Of a DNA stretch of 64,000 nt, positions 15,401-39,655 are shown piece by piece. Positions within the stretch are counted from its first letter, which is position 1. Each line of letters opens with the position of its first letter. Source of the stretch: Balanoglossus misakiensis. Taxonomy: Eukaryota > Animalia > Hemichordata. The notes beneath the pieces are model-generated. The model was not told the DNA's origin. It worked only from the letters and a program-made list of their open reading frames with translations, and searched no databases. A program made the position numbers and the translations under genes. Where the stretch lies: the NCBI GenBank assembly GCA_040954595.2, contig CM082595.2:3519943-3583942 (forward strand). The letters are read 5' to 3'.

Positions 15401-17016
15401 CTACACGCCGATTATGAGACGAATACAAAACAGTCGATTGAATCTGGTGACAAGGGATTATTGCAGATGCTTTCACGGCATGACTGGTGTTTTATTGCAA
15501 CATCTCTGGCCTCTGTACTTTTACTGTACATTGTAGCAAAGCAATTTGTGTGAGTTACAGAACAGATGTGAACCAAGTTTCAAAAATATCAAGTAAACCT
15601 GACCCTAGGCTTGAATACATGGGTATCTGTTTCACCATTAAATTGTTCAACACATAAAATGGAGGTTCCAGCTATTGTTACCCATTTACATCTTAGAAAC
15701 ACGATAAGGAGGGTTTGCTTTAAATCCTTCATATACACACCTGCTTTCTCTGTGCACTAACGACCTGATGATGTACCGGTACATGTAATGTGCTGATAGT
15801 TTTACTCTGTTTAGAGTGACTCAACATATATTGTACTGCTAACAAATGTCAACACTTGTATTTCAAATCATATGCAGCCTGCATTGGCATAGACGCCGAT
15901 ATACTTGATTACTCACGAGGACACTTCTGACAAAATCATCAAAAGTTACAGCTAATGCAATTATTTTTTTAAAAAATAACACCCGATTGAAGATAAATGC
16001 CGACACAAAGATAACATCAGTCTCCAATCTAATTGAAACAAAACCTTATTACTCCGCAAGGTAAGTGGCATAATGTATATTAATTGATTCACGGTCAGAG
16101 GGCTTAAGTGCTTTCAATTTCTACCCGCAGACTCTAAGGTGGGCTGTGTTTTTGTCAATAATCCATCAATAAATTCCTTATCTAGGAGAGGAAATTTGAT
16201 TCAAAGCGGAGGTGAAAAAATCTGTGCTGGTGTGAAAATGTCGAATTAGGTCTGAGTTCGTTGTGCACCAGTTTTTGTGAACATTTTCTTCCGCTTCAGG
16301 GGGGTGTAAAACATATAATTTTACTACTATGGCTTAATAGAAGAGGTAAATTTAGAGTTTATTGAACTGAATATTGAATCGTCTGATGACCTTTTTAAAC
16401 TCTGAAGGAAGATTAATGCTTGCTATTTGGAAGACCATTTTATCACTTACATTGATCAGTGAAATTGATAAGATGATCAGATGGTGACCAGACACTACTG
16501 GATTAAGTGGTTTCTGATTAATGGAACGACTTCTTGCGAAGATAAAATTGAGAACAAAACAAAGATAGGTTGGAGTGGCTGACGAGGCGTTTTAAAATTG
16601 AAAAAAAATTATATGAACAGCTGCAAGTATAGTGGCAGAATTTGCAGTGACAGTGATATCCTAGGAGAACGGACCCATTACGTCCGATAAATTTCTATTT
16701 CACATAATCGAAGAGAGAATCACTGTGTTACCATGGTCACCCCCTGCTGTCAGAAAAACTATTCTACAACTTCCAGTAAAAACTCTTGACAATGTGTACC
16801 GAAATCAAAACTGTTCAATTGTACCGTAGTTGTCATGGCAATGAGTTAACAGCAGGTAGAATTTCCAGCGCTGTCATGTGCACTGAATGTTGTCAGAAAC
16901 ACAAGATAACAGTGAGTGCTTTGTTATTGGTATCGTATTCTACTTGGACTTAAATGTCTTCGTTTTATCACACTGATACTCGAAGATGTCAAACTAGGTT
17001 TTCTCTTTATCTTCAT

Positions 17017-17101
17017 CTCTGTCTCTCTCTCTCTCTGTCTCTCTCTTCTCTGTCTCTCTCTCTCTCTCTCCTTCCGTCCATCCATCTCTCCCTCTCTCTC
17101 A
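17017..17101. repeat. Imperfect (CT)n microsatellite
   Basis: Directly visible ctctct/ctgtct run. Confidence 0.85.
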
Positions 17102-18979
17102 CTCATATTAAACTGCAGTTTTTCACATCATCCAATAGAAACCATAACTTAAGTCGTGGCCAATATCACACGTCGAACATCTCTGGCTTATGTCTATCAA
17201 ATCAATCAGCAGTTTCTGTATTTCCTTTCTGGGGAGTATTCATGTTTAATACTGAAAATTAATTTCCTGTCTGTGACAAGAATTTATCTCTTTTATCCCA
17301 TGAGATTGATACAAAATACAAAACATGTTCACTTTTGTCGGGTTTCCTTGTTTTCCGAGAACTGTATTCAGACAGACTGACAAGGTCTCACGTACACATA
17401 CATGAAATATAAAGACACCCAACAAACCTTCATGTTATTGCATCTGACCTTTGCTGTCCAGCGCACTATTGATTACGTCCATAATGGACACTACTTACCT
17501 CGTTTTCTTTATCAAATCTGATACATACACAGACAAAAATCAATACTGTTTTGTACACAGTTATTCAAAAACACATAACAAGTACTTGACAGGTTTGGAT
17601 ACATTTGTCTAGAATAGATAAGCACTTCCTGATATCGTAGAAAGCGTGACATATTCCTTTTATTTGAATTGTTCAGTGAATCACTGAATAAAATTAATAT
17701 TTAGTAAGTACTCACAATGTGTCAATATTTTTTTCCAAGATCACGATTTTTAGCGATTTTTCCATGACTTGTCAAATTTTTGAAAATATAATGCATATGG
17801 GTGACTCATCATTTGCATAATGCTACCTACCTAGAAAATAAAACCCTAGGCTCATGACTAATTAATGATATAGCCCTACAGATGTGCCAAGAGAGGTACA
17901 TACATGTACATGTAGTTTAATTACTGTGGCTGAAGTCATGACGAAGTAGCTCAGCACGTCGCACGATCACGATCAACTGTCGTTTTATGGTCGACAGTTT
18001 TCCGCGATCCAAAGTTCCATCCTAATTGTTCTGATGTCCTTCGGAATGCAAGGTCCCTGTAGCGCCATTTGCCAGGCATTGTGTATGCATGACAATCTCA
18101 GCAGATTGTCTGTCATAAATCCTCGCAATCCCCACAGGTATTAAAGCGGCATTACCCGCATTTGCGTTCAACTACAATATACCCTAGTTACATACCAGAA
18201 GCCATGAATCTGAACTCTCTTTCGAAACTGCCCCACATCGCAGAAACTTATCGATACATTTTCAAACTATATCTGATATATTAGAGTGATCTGTCTGTAA
18301 ATCCCTGGTTAATTTTCTGTGAGAAATTTACTCCTGTGTATTTGCTCCATTGGCGGCCATATTTTGTGGTCCACCCCTTAATTCTGATGCCCGTATTTGG
18401 AGATATGTTTCTCACCATTTTAGCAAACGAAAAGCGCTTTGTTCGCACAAAAGCAAAGTGACATTTACAGTGAAACTACACATACAATCATAAATATGCT
18501 TCGGGGGTGGGGGGGGGGCTTTAACGGCAAGTGGGAGGGGAACAAGTGATTACCTGTTGAGTAACATCTCCCAAGCGAACGAAAACAACCTTGCGTCTTG
18601 GACACAGTTCATTAAACCGGCTCGTCCCATATTTTACCCGGTAATCTCCATTGTACTGCCTCCGTAATGGCTACAATGACAGACCCTGGACGCTAAAATA
18701 TCAAGCCCGACCGACGACAAAAAAATGGACAAAGCTATCCGTAAGGAGTATTAGGGAACAAAAGCGTCTCTCAATTTGTTTGGATAGAGTTGTTCGAGAA
18801 CAGAAAAAAACAACTTTTACTCTGCAATGCATTGTGAAGATCCAGAAATAAAATACACATGGGACTCTGTTGTCTGTCTCTTCCAAATCTGTTTTGACAT
18901 GTGAGGTTTCCACACAAATGGAAGGTTTCTTTGGAAAAAAATTGATCTTTGATGGATTAATGAACCAGTGCAAAATCTG

Positions 18980-19092
18980 CTATATATAAGAGGTTTAACT
19001 TCTCAAAATGTACCAGTCTATTACAAACCCTACAACGTTACAACATGACGTCAATCAGGGGATATACACTTGAAATGTCGCCATCTAGTCGC
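18980..19092. promoter_or_regulatory. Candidate promoter cluster (TATA-like, CRE, CTCF-like)
   Basis: TATATA near 18981-18987, palindromic TGACGTCA at 19046-19053, CTCF-like ACTAGATGGCGA on the minus strand at about 19078-19089, and a minus-strand donor CAG|GTAATC at 18553. Confidence 0.3.
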
Positions 19093-19741
19093 TACTGTCA
19101 CAAAAACGAAATAAAGTCGCGGTGCGTAAAATGGAAGACAACAAAAAACAACCCGCGACTGTCCAACAATAGCGAAGTATCACATGGTCATTGTGCATTC
19201 AAGCTAAAAGTAACAGCATCTCTGTCCAATGAACCACAGAAAGCAAGTTGGCGTGATCTCCTCTGTTGTGTAATTCCCCGACGTTTCACCTTGAGATGTA
19301 GTGGATATCGCCGCGGGAGACGAGGTGGCTGGGTCGAACTGGTGAAAACAACATGTTTGGGTGAAATTCTAGCCATTTGTTTGTTTATTTTGATGTCACA
19401 TATGTTTACTATATGAAGCAGAGGTCCGTGACAATACAAAGTACACAAACAGTGTGACTTGTCAGGAGTAACACACGGTGACTGTCTTGTATGTAAGGAT
19501 GGTTTGAAAGGGGTAACCCCACAATAATCACAATATTAAATTCACATGTAGAGTGTGACACTGCCAAACTATAGCATCCAAATAATCGACATGTACCTGT
19601 AACTCAAGCCAGCAGGGTACAATAGGTCTAATATACAATGTACATGTACATGTAACAATGAAACATGCATGTGTTGTTTGGTACAGATCAAATAACAAGC
19701 AGGGTTTAAATGCCCAAAATGACTTTCAATGGTTGGTTTAA

Positions 19742-20035
19742 CCCTTTCACTGATTGTCTGGCCGAAATCTATTAAACTCGGACCAGAAATTATCTCCTAA
19801 TTACCTGTTTTAGTGCATGTTTGGGTAACATGCAAATCTCAAAAATTAGGTGTTGGCAACATGTGGGTTGCCTATGTATAAAGAACAATGCAATTATAAC
19901 AATTAAGAGTAATTACAATGGAAATGTCACAAAGCTGAGGAAGTTTTAACTGACAGTGAAGAGTTTCTCTGGCAATTCAAGATGTTTCTTTTGTGAAATG
20001 GTTAACCCTATTTAGAGACAAAATGTGTAAAAGGG
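19742..20035. mobile_element. Non-autonomous piggyBac-like element (TTAA-flanked, CCC...GGG ends)
   Basis: TTAA|CCCTTTCAC at 19738-19750 and GTAAAAGGG|TTAA at 20027-20039. Confidence 0.5.
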
Positions 20036-22099
20036 TTAAGTGGACAATGAAGTCTCACAAATTTTTATCACTGCATTTTCTGTGCTCATTTTTTTTAAAT
20101 TACAGATCATTGACAATTAAATTAAATTCTTGAGTTGAAGAAAACCAAATAATGCCTTGCATGAGGGATATTTCTGTGTGAAATGTGACAGGTATGGCAC
20201 AAAATATGAAAATTTGTGCAATGATATTCCACTAATGGTTTTAATATGACAAAAACTGACTTGAGACATTTCACTCTGTTGATAAGGTTGAAGAAATTTA
20301 ACCTGCTCGGAAATTAACATGCTAGGAGTCTGTCGACTGAGCAAACAGACTCGTTTCCATTGAAGAGAGTGTGTTTATAGCTTGGAAATGTGAGAAAAGG
20401 GTCGACTCTTCCGCACTGCGCATCCTCAAAATGACAAGAAAGCTTTCAACAGGGATGTATCAACTTTTATAGCAACCATTACAAAATAATCTCCTCTCTC
20501 TCTGACGACGTGGAAAAAATATACAAAAACACACAAAAGGAAAACTTCCACGAAGGCTTCAGAATTCTACGAAATCGGACATGTAAACCAGTGTTCTGTC
20601 GGCAAGAAGCACAAGCAAAGATAACCTTGGAATTTCTATGATATTAAGACCTTGGTCAAGTCACTGCAGATTGCAAGTATCGAAGTATTTGAATTCAATC
20701 ATAGCTCAGGTGTGAACCAATGAACCATTCAATTAAGGAACTCTCTGAAATTCTAACACATCAAAGCAGAACTAGAAATATAACTATATCACCAGTCGAA
20801 ATCAGGTTGTATGAAAAAATCATTCCAAGAGAATTTAATGGATATGCACATATAAAAATGCAATCAGAGAAATGCGGTTAAACTCACCAGGCAATACGAT
20901 TTAAGTACTGCGCAATATTTTTCTACATCATAAATCATGTTGAGGTGATTACAAAAATGTTTCAGCATAACCAAACTTTTTCTGGAATATTCGGTATCCT
21001 CTAAAACAATTTAAATTCGCTGTATGCTGTTTTTCAGCAAAATTTAATTTTCAGTACGATTGGCAGGTTGACAGTAAAAATATATAAGGAGTCTGTGGTC
21101 GGCAACGAGCAAAAGATCTTCTCAGACTGCCATGCTTTTAAGAATCACCCCATTACGCCATAACTTAAACACCAGGGAAATTTCACTGCCTTGTGGCACG
21201 ACCCCCAAGTACGCAAACACACACTTTATAACCACTACAAAAACTTCATATCCAGACACATCGCACAACAATAGAGGCTCTTGTTACCGACAGAGAAGCA
21301 CCGCTATTCAAACGCCACGAACGACACGCTCATTCAAATTTCAGACCCTTTTTCTCGTCAATATTTAAAATCGCACATTAAGATTTCACAGTCCGATGTA
21401 AATGCTGTCAGACATTTCTGCTTGACGCACCAACCCCCCCCCCCCTTAAAAAAATTGGGACCTGTCAATGCCATGCGTAAATACTGTTCTATTTATAGCA
21501 CAGCACGCTCTTTCCGTAACTTGATACCCTTCTATAGTTTTGTGGGATAAAAGCCTGGGGCAGTCTTGAGTGCATTGCGGTGGCCATCTGATCGCCTTAC
21601 CCAGTTTGCGCAAATAGACACACTGCAAGATTTATATAGTTGAGCGCAGTCAGTAGGAGATGAAAAAATTATCTTACGAAACTCTAGCTGCCTCGGAGAG
21701 TCAGACCGCCCAGTTGAGAATCACTGACAATGAGTGTTATCGCTCAGATCTTGCGTGTCAGTGACAGTTACAATGTAGCGAAGGACAGATAGATAACTGT
21801 GGGGTTGTAAATCACCCCCCCCCCCCCTCAGAACGACTGTCCGTCCCAAGGCCTCGGGTTCTAACCTTTACAAATAAGGGAATGCAAAAGTGGGTGCTCT
21901 GCACAACACAAAGCAAACACACACACTAGTTTACTTGTTATCATCAGCGCATATTGTCACTGCTCACCGTTGCGATCAGGATCACCATAAAAGTTGCAAC
22001 GGCCGGTATAAAAATATCACCCCCAGCTCACGCCTCAGTGCGTTGCGCTCTGGCATGGTGGTGGTGGTGTGTGTGTGTGTGGGGGGGGGGGGGGGTTAC

Positions 22100-22106
22100 T
22101 TGCCAT
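22100..22106 (-). CDS. Candidate alternative first coding mini-exon (ATG GCA A) of the PLC-eta-like gene
   Basis: ACCATGG Kozak context, then donor A|GTAACC in phase 1, compatible with the exon at 319. CCAAT, GC-box-like and octamer (ATTTGCAT) motifs lie around 22660-22695. Confidence 0.35.
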
Positions 22107-25100
22107 GGTCTGTCCGAATGACAAGACAGTGTGGGCTTCAGAATCTCAAGTTGACAGTCAGCAGTGTTGCGGCGCTGAGAAAAATCAAAGCTAGTTTTGC
22201 GTCTTCAGTCAGTCAGCGTTGATAGAAAGTAAACGTAATACACACAGTGGCATATACAGCTGGGTGGGTGGAACGCACTACACACAGAGACACGCACAAT
22301 TCACAGGATGAACAAAACTGCCAACTTTCTCACCTGTCTTCTGCTGACAATACACCGCACTGAAGATTTAACGCACAGTAGCCACCTAGCCTGTGTCGTG
22401 ACACATACGAACGATTCCACCGGGGAGCCAGTCGACAACTTCCCCCGACCAAAGTGCAACACAATCTTTATGCCTGCTAGGTAATTGCCAATTCACCGGA
22501 TCAATAGAGGAATCTCACTCTAATGTATTCACCGCAGCGACGGTGAAAGAGAGAGAGTCTCTGTGTGTGAATGGGTTCTCTGGCACTCAATCACTAGTCA
22601 AGCATAGGTAAGTAGCGCGCTCATTAGCATCACAACGGGCTCAAGTTGGCCGGCTTTAACCAATCAAAGGCTGGGCAGGGGGCAGATTTGCATAACAGTA
22701 GCGAAGGGGGCACATGTGCGAGAAGGGAAAATGACAGACGTGTTGACTTTAACACATTATCCCAATAGGAAACAAGAAAATGAACATAGGTTCACTACAC
22801 AACAAGAATGGTACAGACAGGGTCTGTAAATCGGCACCATATAGTCATAATTCCCAAGCACAACCCTAACAACACCGATATTTTTCCAGCGCAAATCACA
22901 AGGTGACTGCATGGATTTTTCTGTACCCTGGTTAATCAGATTACTGAGCCACTGGAGGTATTTGTCAGCAATGGACTGGGACACATTCCTTCGCTTATTT
23001 AATGTTTTGTTTGCCAATTCAGACGTTAGCGGTTCCAAGGACAATGGCTGGTTTGCCTTGAAACACTCCAAGTTGGTCCTTAAACGCACATGCATCATTG
23101 AACTGCAGACTGTGGCCATGTATTCAATCAGCCGACGGTTAAACTGCAGTAACCTTCTTTTGAAGAACGGTGCCCTAAGAACTAAACCTGTTTGATTTTC
23201 AAATCAGGACTTAATACAAAGATAAACTGGCATGTGCTAAGACAAACAAGTCACTGGCAGCTATGCGGAGCTTCGGAACATATTATCAACTCCAGAATGA
23301 CCAGAAAATACTGAATTATGGGAATGCAACAAGAACTGGTTCCACAGACAGGAAGTACAAGACATCCAGCACCTGATTAAAATAAAGCAATGCCTCTTTC
23401 TGTTTTCCATTTTTTACTTGACAGAACCAGAAGGCCATCCTACCTGGCCTTTTTACGATAACATTCTCAGACAGAAAATCCCTGGAGGGAGTGTGCACAC
23501 ATCCTGGGAATACCCATACTCTGGCACTTAGCATTATCAGGGGCTGATCTCATCATAAATTCAACATCCCCCGCTAACCATGACGATATCTATCTTATCA
23601 AACTGCCTTTGCAAAAAAAATGATGATACTGCTGTTATCTGCAATTGGATAAAATTTCCCTCTAGAGTATCTTCATTTCAAATTGCAAAATAAATATTTC
23701 AAAGTTTCTGTATTTTTAGTACCGTACGGTGTGTACGATCATTTTCAGTGAGAACTCATCTTCAAAACTCTATTAGCAAAGATGTATAATACTGATAAAA
23801 TTTAAACATTAAAACTTCATATAATTTCAGTGAAGCCAGCATCTGTATACAGTCATATCATAAAAATTGCCATATAACTTCATGTGGGCAAGATAACTTT
23901 GCAAATATATTGGAAGAAAAAACATTGTTATGAGAAAGAGGCATAGCATATCAAACAGACTGCAAACATTTTCTCAATGAACTGACAGGAAACACCAGAG
24001 CATAGTAAATCAAAAATATACATGTTTATAAATAGGACCATATGCATACTACTTCATAAGAACGTGATCTTATAACACAAGTCTATTATTACTTAAACTT
24101 TATCTGCCTGCCATACAAATCTCCCTGATAACGGTTGTGTAAACAGATGCCAAATGAAATTCTAAACCCATGCTACAATACACGAGGTTGTGCGGTCAAA
24201 CAGGCACACACGATGCAATTACAACTCTGGGGGGGGGGGGTCGAAGTACACCCATTTGCGATCCCCAGGAAAAGTCGGGAACACATTTCACCATACATCA
24301 CACTTGTTGTCAGCAATGTGATGCTAGGAACATACAATTTTAAATAAACAATATGTCCTCGTAAAATTATATTGATTGGAGATGTCAGCTCTTGCTATGA
24401 TGAGATCTTGAATTCAAATCCCCAAACACAAGATAAATAAACTGAAATTCAGACTATTAAAACCGTTTCCGCTAATAAATTGAGTCTTTTTTCAGTTATA
24501 AACCATTACAAATAATTCATGTTATAGGGAAAGCTACAGGAATTATTAATAACTCATATATCACATTAATTCTAGTCTGACAAGATTAACTCAAAAAAAT
24601 TACATTCAAGAAACAAGGGAAATTACTGAAGCTCCTTGACATCAAAAACAATGTTGCTTTTTGGCCTGTATGATTTCTCACAAGACTCAAGAAACAATCT
24701 GTTTTCATCAAGTAATCAGTTTTGACAGTATGTTAGAATTTTTTCATGTCTGTTCATTTTAAAACATGGTGTTGTTTTTATCACCAGAGATACAATCGAT
24801 TCATCAGTGCCATCGAACATCCCATATCCTCTCTGCTGACGTACAGCTCTACAGACATGAACGCCAATCTGTACTGAGACTGCCATATCAGCTATGCTAA
24901 AAAAAGTTATGTATCTTACTTCTTGGTAAATTCTTATTGATATAGATGAATAAACCAGTCGCTGAGTGTAAATAACACAATTTCTCAAACACTGAATGTC
25001 ATTCTGACAGCAACAGCTTCCAATATAATGTGCTAATCACAAAAAGAGTTAATGTAACTGAAGGTGTGCTCGATCACGCCTCATAAAGCATTAAATTTAT

Positions 25101-25189
25101 GGAAAATATTTGACTACGGATGGTACGGAATAAGAATAAACACTGCACATTGATAAATCACATGGTTAGAAGAGATCAGAATTCTGATT

Positions 25190-25594
25190 CAGTGTTCGAA
25201 ATTCATAGGAAATATCAACCAGTCACCAGGACTGGCAACTTCAAAAAGTTGCCAGTCCTGCCAAAAACTTACCAGTCCTGATATTATGCCTTACAATTAA
25301 ATGTAATCAAATACAACTGAGAAGCTATTACCTTATCTGTGAACAATTGAAGATGGGATGAAATCATCTTTCTCTTTACATTACTTTGATTTGATAATTT
25401 TCAAGCTTTTACATCATTGTTTCTTTTATTTGCAATACATGAACTGGGGAAAGTCTAAAAGATGTCATGACACCACTGGTTAACTCCCATGCTAAATTCA
25501 ACCTGTCTGTCGGACTGGTAACATTTTATTTTTACCAGTCCTACTGAAAAACAACCAGTCTCGGACTGTCGGACAGGCTTTATTTCGTACACTG
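25190..25594. mobile_element. MITE, P-element or hAT-like, 405 bp
   Basis: TIRs CAGTGTTCGAAAT / ATTTCGTACACTG (12 of 13 match), 7-bp direct repeat TCTGATT on both sides (25183-25189, 25595-25601), multiple subterminal ACCAGTC/GACTGG motifs at both ends. Confidence 0.8.
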
Positions 25595-28500
25595 TCTGAT
25601 TTCATGTCTGAGTCACATCGCAGTAATAAAACTTCATAATCTGCTAAGACACATACAATTGAGCACTAACGACTTTTGAGTGCAACACAGTCAATGATAA
25701 ATTGAAACTAAGAACACTTCAAGCTCTTACAACTATGAGATATCTCCTGGTGCTAAAGGTTATGACCTGTGATCGAAAAACACCTTCAAATGACACATTA
25801 TTCCACATTACTTCCTTGCAGTACGTGTTTTCCTGTTCATGGAAATCACAGAGAGAGATTATTCTTGTAAATGCAGTCAGCTCATTGGTACTATAAAATT
25901 AACTAGGAAAAATCATCTAATGTACACTAACGAACATCAATCACTGTCCTCAAATTTTACCAGAACATGCATGTAAAAGTATCATCTATGTTTCGCAAGA
26001 GTAAAGCAAGTTGAATTGATCAGAAGTATCGAAGGAATTACTGATCTAGATTCCGAGCAAATTAGAGGAAGGGCAGTTTTATTTCCCCCAGTAAAATGTC
26101 AATTATCGCAAACATAAACTTTAACGACTGACTGATTGTCCTAAATCGCGGCCCAAGTTGCCTCAGTGTGACGGTTCTGCCTGATGTCCTAATAACGTAC
26201 TGACACATTCCAGCAAACGCCTACCCCTCGCTGACTCTCTTCTTGAAATATTCATGACCATCAGGCACACTTGGAAATGGCAATCTCAAATAAAACGCAT
26301 CAACTCATCCACACTCTAATGCACATGATAGTGCCACTTCTGTTCCGCCCCAAAAGACGCCAGTCAGAATAAAGTCACATCTAACCAAAATGTCAAATTC
26401 TCTATTTGAATAACGACACTGTTAGCTCAATCAATAGCCAGCTCAGATTTCCTTCCGCACTTGAAATCAGGTCAAGCGTAAGTTTTTTTTACCAAATACA
26501 TGAAATCTCTAGAGGAGAATGAATATCAGACCACTTGCTCTTTCTTCTTCAAGAATTCATCATTATAGATGACATAGGCTTATGGGATGGAACTCAGAGA
26601 ATCATATTTTATTTGCAGCTAAACTAGCTGCATGAGACAGATAAGAGCTTTCATAATACATGATGTATGATATGAGACTGCGTGAGTACACGGAAAACTG
26701 GATTGGAAATTCTATATCTTCTGATATTACATAATTATAGTATTATATATTACATAAGCTGCATTAAGTGTGATAAATGTACATGATAAAGAAATGTACA
26801 TGAAACTGGATTATACTTAATCTGTACCGTAATAACATTCTCTATGATGAATGGTTTCAGATGGTGCAGATACTGTCTGGACAGGATACTTAAAGTCATA
26901 CTTTATCTTCGGAAAATCATTTACATAGTTTTTGTATTTTTGTCTGTCAGTTTCAGCATTCTGAAAACCAACTTTTAAAAGTGTTTTTTACATCTTTCAT
27001 TCGTGATTTTGGCTGAAAACTACGCCCTTTCTGTTAAGCTACATCTTATCCGAAAGCAGTTATTTATTGAGTCACTATCTCTATTGCAGTACCTCTGTTA
27101 CGTTCATGTTTGAAAAGCATATGTTTCACTCACATTGGGAAAGTCTGCTAGACAAATAACCAGCTAGGTTCAATACTGCAAGCTGTATGCAAAGCAGCCA
27201 TTTTGTATTCACTCCGAGCGAGCCCATTTGATTGATAACTTGAACACAGGAAGTAACTTACACATCATAAACATTAGCCTGATGTGTAATCTGATGGTGA
27301 ATCACTGTTCGTATGTGTAAACACATCTAGTTCGAATTTCCCCTCCAGCTGACATGACAGGCTACAGATGATATGGCGTCCATCTATCATGTACGGGTCA
27401 CGAGAGATGACAGGGTCAATCACATCCCAAGTTCAAGGAGGATAAATGCAAAAATATCCTCACCCTCGCAGAGATAAAAACAACAGCCCTTGTAGACAGG
27501 TGATAATAATGACCTTGCATGATACAGGACTGATCTTGTGGGAGGGGACAATTAGTTTAAATATAATGACAAGTTCAAGGAGCCTAAATGCTGTCAATGC
27601 ACTGTAGCAATTACTTGGTAGCTAAGCAACAACTGTGATCGTATGTGTCAATGCTTGGTATACAAAAATACATATACTAGCTGAAAGGGAACTTCCATTT
27701 ATGTATTGACGTTTCACAAGGCAGACACAGTGACTGCCTCTTATATCCACTCAATTTCTGTCTTTATTGTTTCTCATTACAAGTAGCGAGCCACTGGATT
27801 AAAATATATACTTGGACATGTGATCAGTGTTTTGCATTGAACCTAAAGCAAGAAAATCTCCTCCTAGAGGCTGGTGAAGCTCAAGTTCTAGATTATATAA
27901 CATATATTGCATCGCTGATTGACGGATTTTCATTAACTTTTTACTGCACTGTCAAGGTTCCACTTGACTGTTAACATTAATAATGTACTACACTGGATCA
28001 AGGGTAATCTGCCTCTGATGTGAATGGCATGTAATTTTAACATTCTGTCACAGTTTTTTCCTGAATGTTAATAAACCATATATTTACATGGCGACATCTG
28101 TTGGATTACTTCAATGCATGCATGCTATGGACCCACTCCAAAACCTTGGAACTGCAATGTTTTGAATTGATTATAAAAACATCAAACAGGCCTGGATTTC
28201 AGCAATAGGGAATGTTAAACGCAGAGAGCATGTTTTATTAAAGTTGAGAAGCATTGCTGACACTTATTTTCTGTACGTGAGGGAAAAGATATTTAAGTTC
28301 CAAAAGGGGATGAAAAGACAGCTGATTTCAGGAAAATATATAAATTGCTCCTTTGTTGGGGGAAATACAAACGGACGTCTTGATTCTGTCTTGCATGGAC
28401 TCTGATTTAACGTCAAATAATGGCCGACGAAGGCACTACAATGGAATCTATACATTTTCTGTTGAAAGTGCCAGACCAACAGCAAGTGACGTTCTCTGCA

Positions 28501-29929
28501 ACTATCACAAAATCCATTCAGTCTGAGAGGAACTTTGCAATTTTCTGCTCGGACTTTAAAAAGCTTTTGAGAATTCAGTTAATATTGTTCTTTTTACATT
28601 TGAGGTCTTGATTAAAAGTAAATGTTCCACTCTAAGCTCTCTGCTTTCTGTTTCCATGGATACGACACGCTTGTTGAATCCAGACAAATATTTCAAAACA
28701 AGGGACCTGAATTCAATATATATAAATCAACCCAGAACACAAATCATGGCCGTCCAAAGGTTTTCAAACGCGATTGTGTATTCTGAATCCAAAATGACAG
28801 AAATTTAAATTGTGGTACACTAACTTCTTATTCAAATGGTCTTTTGTGCCCACAGAACCTTAATTTCAACAGAACTAATGATAGTTATTCATATGTGGAT
28901 GTAATATTTCCATCATCTTCTTCTTATTTAATTTCTTTCAAGTAAAATGGGTTTATCATACAGACAGACGATATAAATGTATTATTGTGTGTGTGTGTGT
29001 GTCAGCTTACACTCAGTGAAGCCTATAGGGGACCTGACCACAAAAACAAGAAAGCTTTTTGGTGAAATATCGCCAAAGACACAAATTGCCGACACTGCAT
29101 TTTTCTGTGTCAGCTAATTGCATTGTTCTAGTTCAACATCAAGGTCAGAAGGATAACATTCACCTCTGTGGAACTTAACACACCCTTGATGATGTACCTA
29201 GCGATGAGATTCACGAATTATTCATGGCAGCATGAAATAAATGACCTATACACCCATTAACAGTCTGCACCAATATCTACAATTACAATCTTGACATGAT
29301 GTACGGACTTGCTATGCATACCAGTGGTGTCATTCAAGGCTTCTGTCAATAAGCCTTTGCATGATTACAATTTTTAAATGTTTAAAGGCCTGCAGTTGTC
29401 TGTTTAAGGTTGTCACGGATACAGTCGCTGTCGTTTAATCGGGACACCATGGGTGCAGACAAACTATCCCGGCTGTCCCGATTAAACGGCATTTGTAAAT
29501 AGTCGATCCCACCCATACATGTTCACCATACAAGCTATTGACTACTTCAAACTTTAAAGATTCCTGGCACTGTGTGAAAATACATTCAAATTGGCTGTCA
29601 TAAAACCTGGCACTTTTCATCTATACCCTGATCTCCTCAACATATCTTCAATCATCTGGAAAATGCAATGTGACACATCTCAAGACACCGCTCTGCCCTT
29701 CTCTGCTTCATGCGCGCATCAGTAACTGTTTTATGGACGCATTAGCATCTCGGAAGATTGAGCGCGCTGATCGAGAGCCATCAACGTAATCAGATTACAT
29801 CATGCAACCTCAGTACTCATCCTCGATCACCCCGCCAGGAATTTTGACGCTTTTTGCAGCTCTTGCCGAAAACATCCTTAGAATACTTTATTTGTTCCCG
29901 GACTTATATGCTACTGAAAGATACAGTAA

Positions 29930-30125
29930 CTGTAAAACAATTTATTTTCGCGAGTTAAAATTTTCACGTTATCGAGAGAGGCCAGTTTCGCGAGTATTAA
30001 TTTTCATTTCATTCACTACATCGTTATCTTCAAAAAAAATGTACACGACTTTTTATTTTCACGCTTTTTTGGCTCTCGTGTATTTTGCGAAAATTTATTG
30101 CTCGCGAAAATAAAGTGTTTTACAG
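29930..30125. mobile_element. MITE with CTGT...ACAG termini (Tc1/mariner-like)
   Basis: About 25-bp imperfect TIR CTGTAAAACAATTTATTTTCGCGAG / CTCGCGAAAATAAAGTGTTTTACAG, followed by TA on the right. Confidence 0.8.
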
Positions 30126-30210
30126 TAGTTTGAGTTAGCTGATATCTCTGTGTACAGACCTGGATGGTCCAAAGATGGCAGCATGATTCGACACTCACCT
30201 TCCTGACTAC

Positions 30211-39647
<9,437 letters not shown>

Positions 39648-39655
<8 letters not shown>

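Noticed and set aside
16916-17262. ORFs rich in Leu-Ser or Glu-Arg
   Set aside because: Translations of the (CT)n microsatellite.
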